64,000 bases of DNA from Antedon mediterranea (Eukaryota > Animalia > Echinodermata): positions 31,360,388-31,424,387 of the forward strand of contig NC_092670.1 of the NCBI RefSeq assembly GCF_964355755.1, given 5' to 3'. Positions within the stretch are counted from its first letter, which is position 1, and the number at the start of each line of letters is the position of its first letter. Below are positions 1 to 13,600 of this stretch, in pieces. The notes beneath the pieces are model-generated. The model searched no databases. It was not told the origin of the DNA and saw only the letters and a program-made list of their open reading frames with translations. The translations under genes were made by a program, and so were the position numbers.

Positions 1-631
1 AATATTGAATAAAAGTAATGGGATATTATTATTAACAAATTAATGAATGAATTTATATTTCAAAAACATAAAAACAATCAAATGATAATGATAAAAATGG
101 ATACCATTAAAACATAACATATAATAGACTAAAAAAGTAGAATAAAAACAACAGGCTCAATTAACAATGGATATATACTTTATTTTGAAGATAAAAAAAA
201 GATCAATTTATAAATTTATATTTCAAAGGCATAAAAAATGATAACATCAAAATAATAAAACCATTTAAAAAAAGCATAGAATTATATTTAATTGAATAAA
301 AATGCAGAATAAAAATGTAAAAGGCTTAACACATATGGATATTAAAAAAACGCGGTAAATTAAATATAAATATCGGACGGAAACGAATCACAATATATTT
401 AGTATCACCAATACCAGCATGAATATAATATGCATCTACAATGCACCCCTTCTTTTATGGAAAAAATAAAATCCTTTAAAAACATGTGGAACCATAGAAG
501 TACAAAAAGGCCGAACTAGCTGGTGACAGATGAAATGAGTCGCGTTTGAAATCGGTTACGTTTTATTTTGGTCACGATAAAATCAACATCTGGTATTTTG
601 TATAATGTGACATTATTGTAGATGATTTTTT

Positions 632-760
632 ATCATAGTCATAGTCATAGTCATAGTCATATATACTTTATTGTCCATTTAAAAAACAGAAATGTGATTT
701 GAAAACTGGCAAAATACAAAAATATAAAATACAATTTACAATAACACACACAAAAAGTTA
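632..760 (-). mobile_element. LINE 3' tail with (ATAGTC)n microsatellite
   Basis: Minus strand reads GGACAATAAAG followed by (TATGAC)n, the same GGACAATAAA ending as the LINE at 2032-2042. Confidence 0.5.
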
Positions 761-1248
761 AGAGGCTAAAAATTGTTAAAATTAGATAAAAATTATCGGT
801 TATCATATCGGTTGCTAATTTATATGGTGCGCTGTAGTTATATTTTTGTTGTTTCTATATTTTTACTTAAGTCAATTATGCAAATGATCATTTATTTGAA
901 TATAGAACTTCAAATCATACGTTTGAGAATTTTTAAACCTCAAGAAGTAAAATAAGAATGTTTATTGAAGGCAATCTAACAATATTGTATTGGTTTACCC
1001 AAATAATTTGTTTTTTCATTCATACGACAAAATGTACTAGATCACGCCCTCACACATAGGCCTACTATACAACATTTTGGGCAAAATAAAAATGTTAGCG
1101 CCCGCTTTTTGGAAGCTGCCACCTTTTTGGTTTTAAAGTAAAAAAACATCGTTTTATGCTAAAAAAAAGTTATAATCCTGTATGTAAATACATGTACATC
1201 GCGCAGTCCCGGAAGCAATATGTATAAAATCTTTCTAGGCCGCGTGAT

Positions 1249-2073
1249 GTCAAAGAATACAAGTACTTAGGAACAATCATAGATGATAAATTAAAATGGA
1301 GCAAAATACAAACATTTTATAAAAAGGGTTCAGCAACGACTGCACCTAGTGCACTTAAGAAATTTAAAGTAGATAACCAAATTCTAACTATGTTTTACAA
1401 ATCGATGGTACTTAGCGTGATATCTTTCTGTAATATGCTGTGTTGGGAAATAGTCTCAATGTAAAAGATAAGGGAAAACTACATAGAATCGTACGAAGAT
1501 CTAGTAAAAGGCTCAATATCCCTGAAATCGATCTCAATATAAGATTTGATGAGTCAGTATTATGCACTTGTAAAACGAATAATGGCAAATACAAACCATC
1601 CATTATATGTCGAGTATAACTTTTTATGGTCAGGGTGCCGTTTACGGAGTATTCTCTAACGAACTACAAGATATAGTAAATTGTTTGTACAAAGTTCAAT
1701 TAAAACTTTTAATAAGCAGTGCAATATACAGTTATGTATGGACTGATTTTGCGATATTTTACATTTTTTAAATAGAGTATTTTTTTTATGATACTGTATT
1801 TTAATATGGTACATATATTTACTTCAATAATTTTCAATAATCTGCAATACGCCTAGTCTTTCCTCAACACAATACACGAAGTTTTAGTTTAAGTTACGTG
1901 TTCTCTTTTATTTTTTTGTTGTAACAAGTTTGGTGTGAATGATGTACAGTATAATCTATATAATGTTTTACTTGTTATGTATGTAGTGTATTAAACGACA
2001 CATTTCCAATTGTATGTATTGTGTATGTAATTGGACAATAAACGTTTTTTTGAATTTTGAATTTTGATTTTGA
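1249..2073 (+). mobile_element. 5'-truncated degenerate LINE (Rex1/Babar or L2 type), end of reverse transcriptase plus 3' UTR
   Basis: VKEYKYLGTIIDDKLKW, KFKVDNQILTMFYKSM and HPLYVEYNFLWSGCR with frameshifts. It ends in AATAAA and a (TTTTGA)n tail. Confidence 0.8.
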
Positions 2074-2400
2074 AAAATTATTGATGTGACATAACATCTA
2101 CTGTAGGTTTTTTGACGCAATGATATTAATTATTAATAACGCAATAACTATTTGTAAATGACGCACCCATGACGCACCTCTCCCAGGGGTCGTGAGCCTA
2201 GCTAGTGGGTAATACAATTGAAAAGTGCATAACCATGATCACCAATCAATTTCAAACGTCATCATAAATCATACTTTATACTACATAAAGTAGTACAGTG
2301 TGCGTCAAATTGAAATAAATATATTGAAATAGTTATTTATTAGCTAGTTTGCAGCTAAACATATTTTATAATAACTAAATAAGGCCTATTTATGGTTTAC

Positions 2401-4403
2401 GATGAAATCGGTCGCGTCTGAAATCGGTCGCGTTTGAAATCGGTCGCGATAAAATCAACTGCCGGTATTTTGTATGGCGCGCCGCTAGAGCTATAATCCT
2501 TTTGATGATATCGGTCGCGTTTGAAATCGGTCGCGTTTGAAATCGGTCGCGCTATTTTGTATGGATCGAGCGGGATGCATGCTAGAACGGGATATACATT
2601 TTTCGTTTATATATATTTAATTGATATTTTTTAGGAACTAGATTATTTATGTGGATATTTTTTACTTGGTTAATAAATATTTATTATCAATCATTAAATT
2701 AATTTTTTTTTTGTATTTCACAGGTCTCGGAGAAGGACTGTATCTTTTCAAAATGGCCATTTCTAAACACGTTTAAATATTATATTAGGCATAATGTTAT
2801 ATTTATTAGGCATATAATAATTTACCTCTATTAATATGTACTGTAATTAATATATTATATAGAGAATATACGTCTGTCGTGTCTTTTATTACGCAAACAA
2901 TTACGTAAAAGAGAACAATTTATTTAAAAACAAGAATTTTTACAATATAGCCCGTAAAGCCAGCGTATCCATTTTTATACTTATGCATACTGTGACTGAT
3001 TATATCATGTCGTTAACAACATACTATTCGATCACCTTATTTTATTTTCTATTTTCTAAGTGTATAATGATTATTGTTGAGGCAAATCACGTGTATGTTT
3101 TTATTTCTAATGTTTAAAATAGTTTTTAGTAAAATGATCATTATATGCGGATGGTTAACAGGCGAGTTACTGAAATAAACCCCCGAATAAGCCATATTGG
3201 AGATGCGCCTTCTATGATCGTGCAGCTGTTTCCTCTAACAATACGTTATTTTGCTGACGGGGATTCCCCTTTTTAAAAAACACGCACTAGTAGTGTGTCA
3301 AATCATGGAGAAAACACGTACGATCGTTGTCCATGGCGAGGTAAAGATGACGTCTATTACTAATAACCATACATTTGAAAGGTCTATAGGCCTCCTGCAC
3401 GTGTTTTTGTGAAACGATCCAATAAGCTATAGATGCTCGACGCGATTATGAGATCATGTTCATTCATTAAGTTTATTTAGCCTTTAAAATCGAAATACAT
3501 TTAAAACATAGGTAACCAAATCAAGACACGTGGAAATGTAAGGAGGCAAGGATAAGCAAAAGCAATTAAATCGCTGTAGCTCACAGGCTTGCTTATCCAT
3601 AATAATTCCGAATAAAGCACTTTTTCTATAATTTGACAGTATGATTTATACGTATATACGTCGGCGATACTATAGATTTTAATTTGAATATTTTTTATTT
3701 TTTTCTTCATTTATAATAATCATTTAATGTAAATAATTAAGTAAGTGCAACTCAGTGTCTCGCATTCATACGCCGTTCGTAAATCTAAACGTTTAAATAT
3801 CAGTGCAGATTACCTCTTTGAGAATTGTGTCCACCTTTATTATCCATACATTATTATTCTCACATCTATCATCGGCATATTATCTATATATTTTATTAAT
3901 ATCCTAAAACCATACGTAATTGTTTGCATAATAAAAGACACGACAAACGTATATTCTCTATATAATATATTAATTACAGTACATATAAATAGAGGTAAAT
4001 TATTATATGCATAATATAACATTATGCCTAATATAATATTTAAACGTGTTTAGAAATGGCCATTTTGAAAAGACACCGTCCTTCTCCGAGACCTGTGAAA
4101 TACAAAAAAAAAATTAATTAATGATTAATAATAAATATTTATTAACCAAGTAACAAATATCCACATAAATAATCTAGTTCCTTAAAAATATCAATTAAAT
4201 CTATATAAACGAAAAATGTATATCCCGCTCTAGCATGCATCCCGCTCGATCCATACAAAATAGCGCGACCGATTTCAAACGCGACCGATATAATCAAAAG
4301 TATAGCTCTAGCGGCGCGCCATACAAAATACCGGAAGTTGATTTTATCGCGACCGATTTCAAACGCGACCGATTTCAAGCGCGACCGATTTCATCTGACA
4401 CCC
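2401..4403. mobile_element. Foldback-type element with about 500-bp inverted arms
   Basis: 2401-2907 is inverted at 3913-4395, with GAAATCGGTCGCG subterminal repeats. The right end reads TGACACCC and the left end is clipped. An older partial copy lies at about 521-630. Confidence 0.85.
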
Positions 4404-4640
4404 TATTTATTACTACTACTAACTAGGCCTACGCCTTGCCTACATCTACCTACTCCTAGCTAGGCTAGATAGCCTAGACTACTTACTAGGCCTAGGCCTA
4501 GGCTAGGCCTACTTTTCCTACTAGTAGGCCTAGGGCCTAGCCCTAACGCCCTAACTAGCTAGGCCAAAAAGGGCCTACCATACCAGGCCCTACTAGCCTA
4601 TGCATACTACTACTACTCTAGCTAGTAGATAGGCCTAGGC

Positions 4641-5505
4641 GGCGCTAGTTCCGTTTCGCACCTGTCATTTATTTCGACTCAACATTTGTTAAGAAACTTT
4701 ATCGTGAGTACCAGACCTTAGAATTAGACCTCAAAAATACTTTTACGAAGGAGATCACACAAAAAGTGACAAATAAATCCTTTAAATTGATGAATTTACA
4801 GACGTGTTTCTCGCACATCAGTTCGTCAATTTCGCATACGCCATGTTCAATGTTGTTGTTTCTATGGAGCGCCAAAAGAGCAATCATAATAGAGGGCTAA
4901 AAACTTAATATAATGCATATATTTAATGCATTTATTGGTGAAAATTATGTTCAATTTTAATATATTTTGTCAATGTCAATGCAACAAAACCCTAGGCCTA
5001 AATCAGCATCACTACCTAGCCTAGGCCTAAGACCAAGAGGAATATTATTTAGATCATTGAGATGTAAAAACTACAGTACATGTAATAATATGACGATGAA
5101 TTTGTCGATTTTCATTCTTAAAAGTTAACGAAAACTGCAAAAACCATGTACAGTATCAACAGTAACATGTGTTGCATTGACATTGACAAAATATATTAAA
5201 ATTGAACGTAATTTTCACCAATAAATGCATTAAATATACGCATTATATTGAGTTTTTAGCCCTCTATTATGATTGCCCTTTTGGCGCTCCATAGAAACAA
5301 CAACATTGAACATGGCGTATGGAACCGATGTGCGAGAAATACCTCTGTAAATTCATCAATTTAAAACATTTATTTGTTACTTTTTGTGCGATCTCCTTCG
5401 TAAAAGTATTCTTGAGGCCTAATTCTAAGGTTTGGTACTCACGATAAAGTTTCTTAACAAATTTTGAGTCGAAATAAATGACAGGTGCGAAACGGAACTA
5501 GCGCC
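4641..5505. mobile_element. Mutator/MULE-like non-autonomous foldback element
   Basis: About 345-bp near-identical TIRs (GGCGCTAGTTCCGTTTCGCACC). Exact 9-bp TSD GGCCTAGGC at 4632-4640 and 5506-5514. Confidence 0.88.
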
Positions 5506-6249
5506 GGCCTAGGCTAGGTAGGAGACTGTTTAATAATAATAAGGACTTCTAAGGAATTCTCACTGAATTGAATTTCTGAGTGATTTATCACTGAAAACAC
5601 TTGAACAACCTTGCACGACGACGAAACTGTGTACAACAAACGCACACCTCCTCCGTCCGCCACCAATGATCTTTTTTTAGCCTACGTGACCACTCGACTC
5701 GGTAGTGGGCGTATCACTACACACGTGAGAAAACATGACCTACATAATATCCAGGGTCGAGTATTCAGTAGCAAAGATCGTATAGCGCCACTTCGTGGCG
5801 CTATAGTATCTTTGTTCAGTAGTACTCGAGTCGAGTCCTCCCTCTACCGTGTGATGATGGGTGTGTCACCAATATGAATACTGTCGTTCACTCACGTCGT
5901 CACAAAAAACAGGCTTAATTTGTATAACCAACGGTTAACCGATCCCGATGTGTATTTTTAAATTATTTTACGTTGGTTGTTTGTTTTACCTTAGTCTATA
6001 TAATATTATTACTTACTTGTTTACTTGTTTCCGGCACTCAGCAATGCTGGGTCCGGAGTCGAGGCTAGCCTAGGCTATGCCTATAAGCCCCTCTTGATAA
6101 TTACATCAACTCTTGAATATGGCGCAAATTTAAGAGGGTGGTTGGACCATGCCCGTTCAAGACCGGACTTAAATTGATTGGTTGATCTTGAAGCTACTAC
6201 ATCCTCCGATAACGAATTCCATAATATAATAGCTTTTCGACCAAATGAT

Positions 6250-6943
6250 GGGTATTAATTGCTAAACCCCGCAAACCTCCAAAAAAACATAGCAAACCCC
6301 ACCAAACCAACATAGTGATTGAATCATGTAGTGTACGACCCACTCGGTATATCAATGTAAAAAAAAAAATTAAATTTCTACTGTTCAACTTATTTTTGGG
6401 GTAAAACATCATTTTTGACAACCTCCAAAAAACCATAGCAAACCCCACCGAACCAACATAAAAGTGATTGAATCATGTAGTGTACGACCCACTGGGTATA
6501 TAAAATATTAAATTTCTACATTTCACTACTTATTTTGGGGATAAAATCATGCATTCTTTGGTTAAAAATTAGCAATCATTTTTGACCAAAAAATGGTGTT
6601 TTTACCCCCAAAATAAGTGGTTAACAGTAGAAATTTTATATTTTTTTAAATGGATATAGTACACTACATGATTCAATCACTTTTATGTTGGTTCGGTGGG
6701 GTTTGCTAAATTTTTTTTGCAGGTTTGCTGGGTTTAACAATCATTTTTGACCAAAAAATGATGTTTTACCCCAAAAATAAGTAGTTAACAGTAAAAATGT
6801 AGTATTTTTTTTTACATGGATATACCCAGTGGAGTGGGTTGTACACTATGATTCAATCACTTTTATGTTGGTTCGGTGGGGTTTGCTATGTTTTTTTGGA
6901 GGTTTGCGGGTGTTTGAGGGGTTTGCGGTGTTTAGCAATACCC
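6250..6943. mobile_element. Foldback element with duplicated internal units
   Basis: GGGTATT..GCTAAAC and GTTTAGCAATACCC ends. The unit GCAAACCCCACCGAACCAACATAAAAGTGATTGAATCAT occurs twice forward and twice inverted. Confidence 0.75.
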
Positions 6944-7495
6944 TATAATATTTCCAACAACTTTTCTTTTTGTCAACAACAAAAATGAACTTGCATGATG
7001 ATAACAAGAAACAAGACAGTGTGTGTAAAAGTAATAGCTGAGACAATATTTTGTTGTCTCATCAGTGGTTGTATGTACTTTAAAGAAATGTAGAGGGCGT
7101 AGTTTGTTTTTCCTGGCTGCTGCTCTATGCTCGCCTAGCCTGTGATCTCTCTGGTGGTTTGGTTGTTTTCATTCATCCGCGAGAAGAAAAAAAAGGATAC
7201 AATGTGAGTTTTTCTTTTATATTTATACTTATTTGTTATCCATTGATTTCCGTATTCTGTATATAGGCCTTGGGATACTATTATTATGGAAAATCCAAGT
7301 TTTTGCTTTATTATGGGCCTACTAGAGAGCATAAAGATATTAGAATATAAGAAATACCCTCCTTCTTATACTACTAGCTTCTAGCCTAGGCCTAGGCTAG
7401 GCCCAGCCAGGTCTTGTATGGTAATCAATTTAATGATAAAAAGAGAAAAACAATGCTCTAAAACAGTTAGGCCTATCGTGTACTGTACATCCTTA

Positions 7496-7780
7496 GGAGC
7501 TTTCGAATTTGTTGCGGACTTCTTTAATTGTGCGAGGAGCTTTCGAATTTGTTGCGGACTTCTTTAATTGTGGGAGGAGCTTTCGAATTTGTTGCGGACT
7601 TCTTTAATTGTGCTTAGCTCTTCTTTAATTGCGAGTTTCTTTTTTATTTGTGCATTTCGTTTTATATTTTCATGCTTTCTTTTGTTTATATGCGATTTCT
7701 TTTTTAATTGTGCGATTTCTTCTTTAAAATTGTGTGATTCCTTCTTTAATTGTGTAATTCCTTCTTTAATTGTGTGATTC
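7496..7780. repeat. Tandem repeat (three about 39-bp units decaying into about 21-bp units)
   Basis: GGAGCTTTCGAATTTGTTGCGGACTTCTTTAATTGTG repeated. Confidence 0.8.
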
Positions 7781-8029
7781 TGTGTTTTAGTGTGCGTGAC
7801 ATTTGTGGGCCACCATAAAATTGAATGTATTTTATCCACTTTTATGCTTTTGTAATATCCAATGTTAATATTAGAATTTACAGAAAATACGATACCCTCC
7901 CCCAACAACAGTAGCACAGTATTAAAGTAGTAGTAATATTGCATAGGCTATATTGAAATACTGAGAATTTATTAATTAATAATCACTAATTTATATAGTG
8001 CCAGTTCAAAAATGTATCAAATGCATAAC

Positions 8030-8300
8030 AATTCTTAAAAAGGATTTAAATAGATTTGGTGAATTACGAACACAAAATGGTAACAAGTTCCAAATAAAAG
8101 GGGCTAGAAAATAAAGGCTTGTTGACCATATGTTTTGGTTTTGTGCTGAAGATGGAACTGTCAAATAATGTTTAGAGGATGAATGAAGCTGACGTAGAGG
8201 GGCAAAGAGATTACATAGATATTTTTGAATTGTGAAAATTAAAAAGTCAGCATAATTTGAAATCTTTTTAAACCATGGCATTATAGTAGGAAATCTTCTG
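8030..8300 (-). mobile_element. L2/CR1-type LINE C-terminal relic
   Basis: YLCNL..PLRQLHSS..LTVP..APFIWNLLP..VRN..LFKSFL follows the L2 ORF2 end pattern. Confidence 0.65.
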
Positions 8301-9454
8301 TTTAGTACTTTGCAGTACTTTAATATACAGTATATTGTTATGACTGTTGCTTCGTTCATGTTATATCACAGTAGTAGAGAATTGCAGCTGAAATGTAAAA
8401 ACTAATACATTTAATGCTGATGATACGCAATCAATTCTTCCCATGCATTTAATTTTTATTTATGTTTTTACTGTTTAAATTGCTTTAAGATGTTTGTGTT
8501 GCGTCACACTTATGACGTCACATGTTTATTATAGGAAGGTAATCTATCTTGAGAATACGTTGTAGAATATTATTGATAATTAATTTGTTTTCAATGAAAT
8601 TACTGTTGTACTGTACAAGTTTCTATGTAAGTAGTTGAGTTAGTAAGTTAGCTGTAAAACCAATGTGTTCTTAATTAATACTATAAGAAGATTAATTTAT
8701 CAATCTGAATCATATTATTTAAAACACAATCATTAATGTTAAAACAAGGCAATCTAACAACATGACACTGAGCTGGACTTGCCAAGATAGTAGCACTTGT
8801 GACAGTCCTTGATCTTACAGTATGTCTGCCTGCGACAAATACCAACATTATTAGTAATTGTTTAAGTTTAATTATTTATAAAGGTCTATAAACAAAGATG
8901 TTTTTTTATAAAACTGACATAATTTTACATAGACGTATAGTTATTATAGTATATTATTATAGTGTATAACCAGCTGTATTCATATTTTGTGTGATTAACC
9001 TTGATTTACATGTTTTAGATACTTTTGTTATTGTTAATGTGAATTTTGATAAGCAATTGTTTATGAGAATATCACCATATTAAAAATGTCCATACATTAA
9101 AATGTTTAAAAAAATAAAAACTACAGTGTACAGTCTCAAATTTCATCAAAAACTATTTTAGCAAAATTTACATATTTTTAAATATTTTTCAGATTTCTAA
9201 TCGTGCTAACCAGACCACTGCCAAAAACTACTATACATGACGGAATTGTAAGTTTGTACGTTATCTTTTCTTTAATTATAGGTAATGCCTTGGCATCAGA
9301 TGTTTTTATTTTGTATTTATTTATTTATATTTATATCCACAAATTTCATGCATCATCCTTTCGCTGCCCTGCCCAATTTTGTTGCCAATGGTTATATTTT
9401 TTTTTGTCTTTGGGGACAGCCAACTTTTATTGCAACGATATTTAAACGACATTA

Positions 9455-9624
9455 AGCTTTATCTACACTATCATCAAACATTACGTGACACAAAAAAAAA
9501 TGTGATGTGCCCATATATAGACATGATGATGTCATATCACTATCATATTTGGGCATATCACTACCATATTTGGGCACATCGCACTTTGTTTGTCAAACTA
9601 GTTGGATAGTAGTGTAGACAAAGT
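9455..9624. mobile_element. MITE; partial second copy near 25076-25156
   Basis: CTTTATCTACACTA and TAGTGTAGACAAAG inverted ends. Confidence 0.6.
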
Positions 9625-10306
9625 GTTAGTCTGAATATATGAGTATTGTAGTCAGCTTTAAAATGTAAAAATGGGAAGTGTATGTATGGCGCCGCCAGTT
9701 TTTATTTTGACTGGGTGCCTGTAAATCGCCACAAATGTTGGCTTTATTTGTACAGTAATTCTTTTGTGTCAATACTGTTGAGCTGAGCTTGTAAGAGAAT
9801 TGTACCATAATAACAATGTCTACTGGTAAGTGTTTTCAATGTCCTGACCATGTCAGAATAGGGTATTAAATGTTTCAATTTATTTTGTAATTGTTTGTAA
9901 CAGTATTATGGAGTAACTTTGTGTCAGGGTGTTGAGTAATTGGTCAGATGTTTTGGTCTAGAGGTTGTACAGTATGAGCACCATGCTAGTGATCTGTACA
10001 TTGTGTGTTTGAGTACCACCCAAGAATTACTTGTGAATTCTTTCAATATCAGTATAGTAGTATAATAAAGTACAAACAATATGTCAGAGTAGGGCAAAAC
10101 ATCTGACTAATTTCTCAATTTATTTTAAAACATATTAAACCATATTATCATTTACAGAAATAATACAGTAGTTACCTGATATACAGTAGGTAATGTTTCG
10201 TTATATAAACCAGTGGTAAAACTTGCTAACCAGCTAGACTTGTATCTTTTTTATAAAATGTTATACAGTTATATATTTTTTCCTTCAGAGGTAACATTTT
10301 GCTAAA

Positions 10307-10697
10307 ATGTTCAACAGAAGTGTTCAACATGCTGACAACCCTTTAGGACAGACATTTAAAAACCTGTATCCTGCCATTGTTCAATGCTTTTCTATTATTC
10401 TGTTCGGCTACGTGTCTGGCCGTGTTAAACTGTTAAACAATACACACGCTAATGGCCTCGGCACTTTTGTCACGTATTTCGCCTTGCCAGCGTTACTACT
10501 CAAATCTATGGTGGAGCTGGACTTTGCCAAAGTTAACTGGCTTTTCTGGACAGCCATATTTGTATCGAAAATTATAGTGTATTTATTAGTGTTTATATTT
10601 ACTGTGATTCTTGGACGTAAACATGATATTGGTTTGGCTGGAATATATGCGATTGCTAGTACACAGAGTAATGACTTTGCACTCGGCTATCCAATTA
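10307..10697 (+). CDS. GPR155: GPR155 coding exon 1 (PIN-like transporter domain, first part)
   Basis: ATG at 10307; LYPAIVQCF, FALPALLLKSM, TQSNDFALGYPI; donor GTAAGT at 10698. Confidence 0.92.
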
Positions 10698-13600
10698 GTA
10701 AGTACATTTTTTTTTATTAATAATCACTGTGCTAGGTGGTTGTTATGCTGCTGCTATGTTTGGTTAAGCTTGGTTTCCACTTGAATGCACACAGATGTCA
10801 TTAATCAGCCAAAATGTTAGTTGTGTTTGGTCAAGTCACATTGTGTTACATTCCAAGTAGGAACCAAGCTTTACCAAACAGTTTTTTTTATGAACAATAA
10901 TATGTCACTATAAAGGCAAATTTATACAGACGAGCAGCAATGGTATTAGAAAACCACGTAGCTTATCCCACATAGAATCTGTATCTACAGTATCCTGATT
11001 GTGTTGCCGCTCAACTGCTCTGCTTTTTGTAAATGGTCAAGAAATTCTATATGTTGTTTTCCGTTTACCATTTCTGATCGTCTGTGTAAATTGGCCCTCA
11101 AATGAGACTCGGTTTAAAAAGCATGCATTTCCCATTCTGTAATTGGTTAGTCATTTGTTTGCTGTTGGATGGTATGTGAAAATGTTTTAAATAAAAAAAG
11201 TAAAGGCATTACATGGGGATTTGAACCTGCAATATATTGATGGTATGACAAAGCATATCTTTTGTAGACATAACTTAACCAAACAAAGTGCTTGTTCTGT
11301 ATTTTGTGTACCTACCTTATAGGCTGGTTTGTCAATAAAGTAAACTCTCTAAATGTGTTGTGTCAGCAAAAATGAAGTATTGTAAAAGTTAGGACATCTT
11401 CGACTATATTGATTAAATTATATTAAAGCCAAGAAATAATTCAGTAAATGTTAAAAAAGTGTGGTTTATGTCTTTCTTTCAATCAAATATTGTATAGAAA
11501 CATGTCATGTGATTGTATTTGCTTGATTTTCATGTACAGTATGCGTTAATGTTTGCTTTTGTGTAAACTTTGAATATAATTATATTAGTATGTTGACATT
11601 TTGACAGTATAATATTAAAGAGGTAATAAAACTATAATAATAATTATAGAAATTGTTATATGATTTGATGATGCCCTGGATGCACCATATAGTTGTTGTA
11701 GTACCATTTAAGTTTTTTAAATTCACTGTGTTGTGAAATAACAATAATTGAAATTTCTTCATTATTCCTATTCTTTTTTCAGTTGTTGCCTTGTATCAAA
11801 ATTGTCATCCTGAATTCATTCCATACTTGTACCTGTTCGCTCCGATTTCACTCGTTCTTCTCAACCCAATCGGCTTCATTTGCCTAGAGATCCAGAAAAA
11901 CAGAGGCACATCAACGGCATGTGGTTCTGTCATATTGAAAGTGATCAAAGGCATTGTATCCAATCCAGTAGTACTAATGGTGTTGATAGGACTCATCTGC
12001 AACTACGTCTTTAGCCAAACTGTTCCGAGTTTGATTAAGCCTATACTGGAGACGTTAAGTGCATCCTTTTCGGCGACAGCTCTCTTTTTCCTCGGCCTAA
12101 ACATGGTGGGAAAGATTCGACAGGATACTGGCTTTTTCTTTGTTACGCCAACTTTATTAATTGCAGCTAAATTGTAAGTTATAATAAATTATTTAGTTAT
12201 ATCTGTATGACAGTACTGAATTTCATTCATGTCATTGAAAATCTGGGCAGAAAAACTATGGTGGTTAAATTCTGTTCACGATTCATCCGACGAGAACCAG
12301 CGTTTTATTCACACGCGCCCTGAGAGAACACGGTCAATCGAACAGCCCAGTGATGTCATACAAAATAAGTCAAGTTTTTCTTGGCGTACCGTTTCCTGAT
12401 CGAGATAGCGAAGATAGAGATAGAATAGTTTGCAATATAAATATCCTTTTTATTTGTCATAAATATTTTGTTAAATATGGTAATTAAAATAGATTTGATT
12501 TATTTTTAATTTTATTATAATCAAACAATGTTTGTTTCATTTTAGAATTTTGTTACCTTTGGTAACGAGGCAGGTGGTATATGCCATGAAGCCAGGAGGA
12601 GATGATGCAAATCTTACAACTGATTTCAGTACATATGGTTTTCTGTACGCCACCATTCCAGCAGCCCCAACTGTTTTTATCTTTTCTTCTTATTATGGGG
12701 TAGCAACAGCTGTTGTGAGTATGATAACAGTTGCTGTAATAATTGAATATGAAAAATCATAAAACATAAATAATCATCAAACCATAATAATAGCTCTTGT
12801 CTCTCCCCAGTGCTACATTTTTATGTTTCATTGAAAGGAATAAATCATTTTAAATACATAATTATTAACATATCGTATGATGATATTACTTGTATTATAT
12901 TTACTTGACACAAGGGAAACTCAAAATAATTTCGATTTATTTTTTTTAAATACTCCCAAAATACGGAAAGGATAAATATAATATAAATTAAAAATTATAT
13001 TAAGTTAACACACAAACCATTCAACATTATGAATAGTCAAGTAAATATAAAAAAAAAAAAAAACATTTAAAACTTGTATTGGCATAATAGACTGGGAAAA
13101 TAAAAGGTCATCATTTTTTCCTCGTTTTAAAATCTTAATTTTGATTTCTAAACTACTTTAGTGGCCCTGTTGTAATGATTTATAAAATTAATATTTGTAA
13201 TGTTGGCATGAAATATTTTTTAGACCTTTATCATATTATGTTTTGCTCAATTCAATCCAATGTATATAATTTTAATAATAATAATAATAATTAAAAAAAT
13301 CTTTTTTTTTTATGTTATAATAATAGATCGCAACAACTATGGTGTTAGGTACTTTTGTGTCTGCTCCACTGATGTTTATAACTGCAACCGTGGTAACACT
13401 ACCTGTAGTGGATCCAACTATGTATAACATGATCCTGGAGACTGTTTCATATGATATATGTTGGATTGGTTTTGGATCCTGCGTAGGTTATTCTTCCATA
13501 ATATAGCAATGAATTTAATGTCCATCCAAATTTAGTTTTATTGTAATAATCTGAATTATGATGATAAATATTGATCATCATTTGGTCATAATGGTTTTGA

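Larger units (their letters stand above)
7110..9247 (+). other. Candidate non-coding 5' exons of GPR155 (about 7110-7203 and 9193-9247)
   Basis: A GC-richer segment ends at donor GTGAGT (7204). A second block is bounded by tttttcag (9192) and GTAAGT (9248). Coding exon 1 has its own acceptor at 10288, so upstream exons should exist. The start site is not determined. Confidence 0.4.

Noticed and set aside
5781-5825. Helitron 3' hairpin
   Set aside because: No CTRR terminus at the expected distance after the stem.
7035-7070. Hammerhead ribozyme (minus-strand CTGATGA plus stem)
   Set aside because: The stem is followed by TCAG rather than the required GAAA.
7564-7944. 126-aa coiled-coil-like ORF
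   Set aside because: It is a translation of the tandem repeat.
9237-9825. Upstream ATGs (9237, 9816) as N-terminal extensions of GPR155
   Set aside because: Direct splicing to the acceptor at 10288 or 10290 gives an out-of-frame join or a stop; at most these are upstream ORFs.
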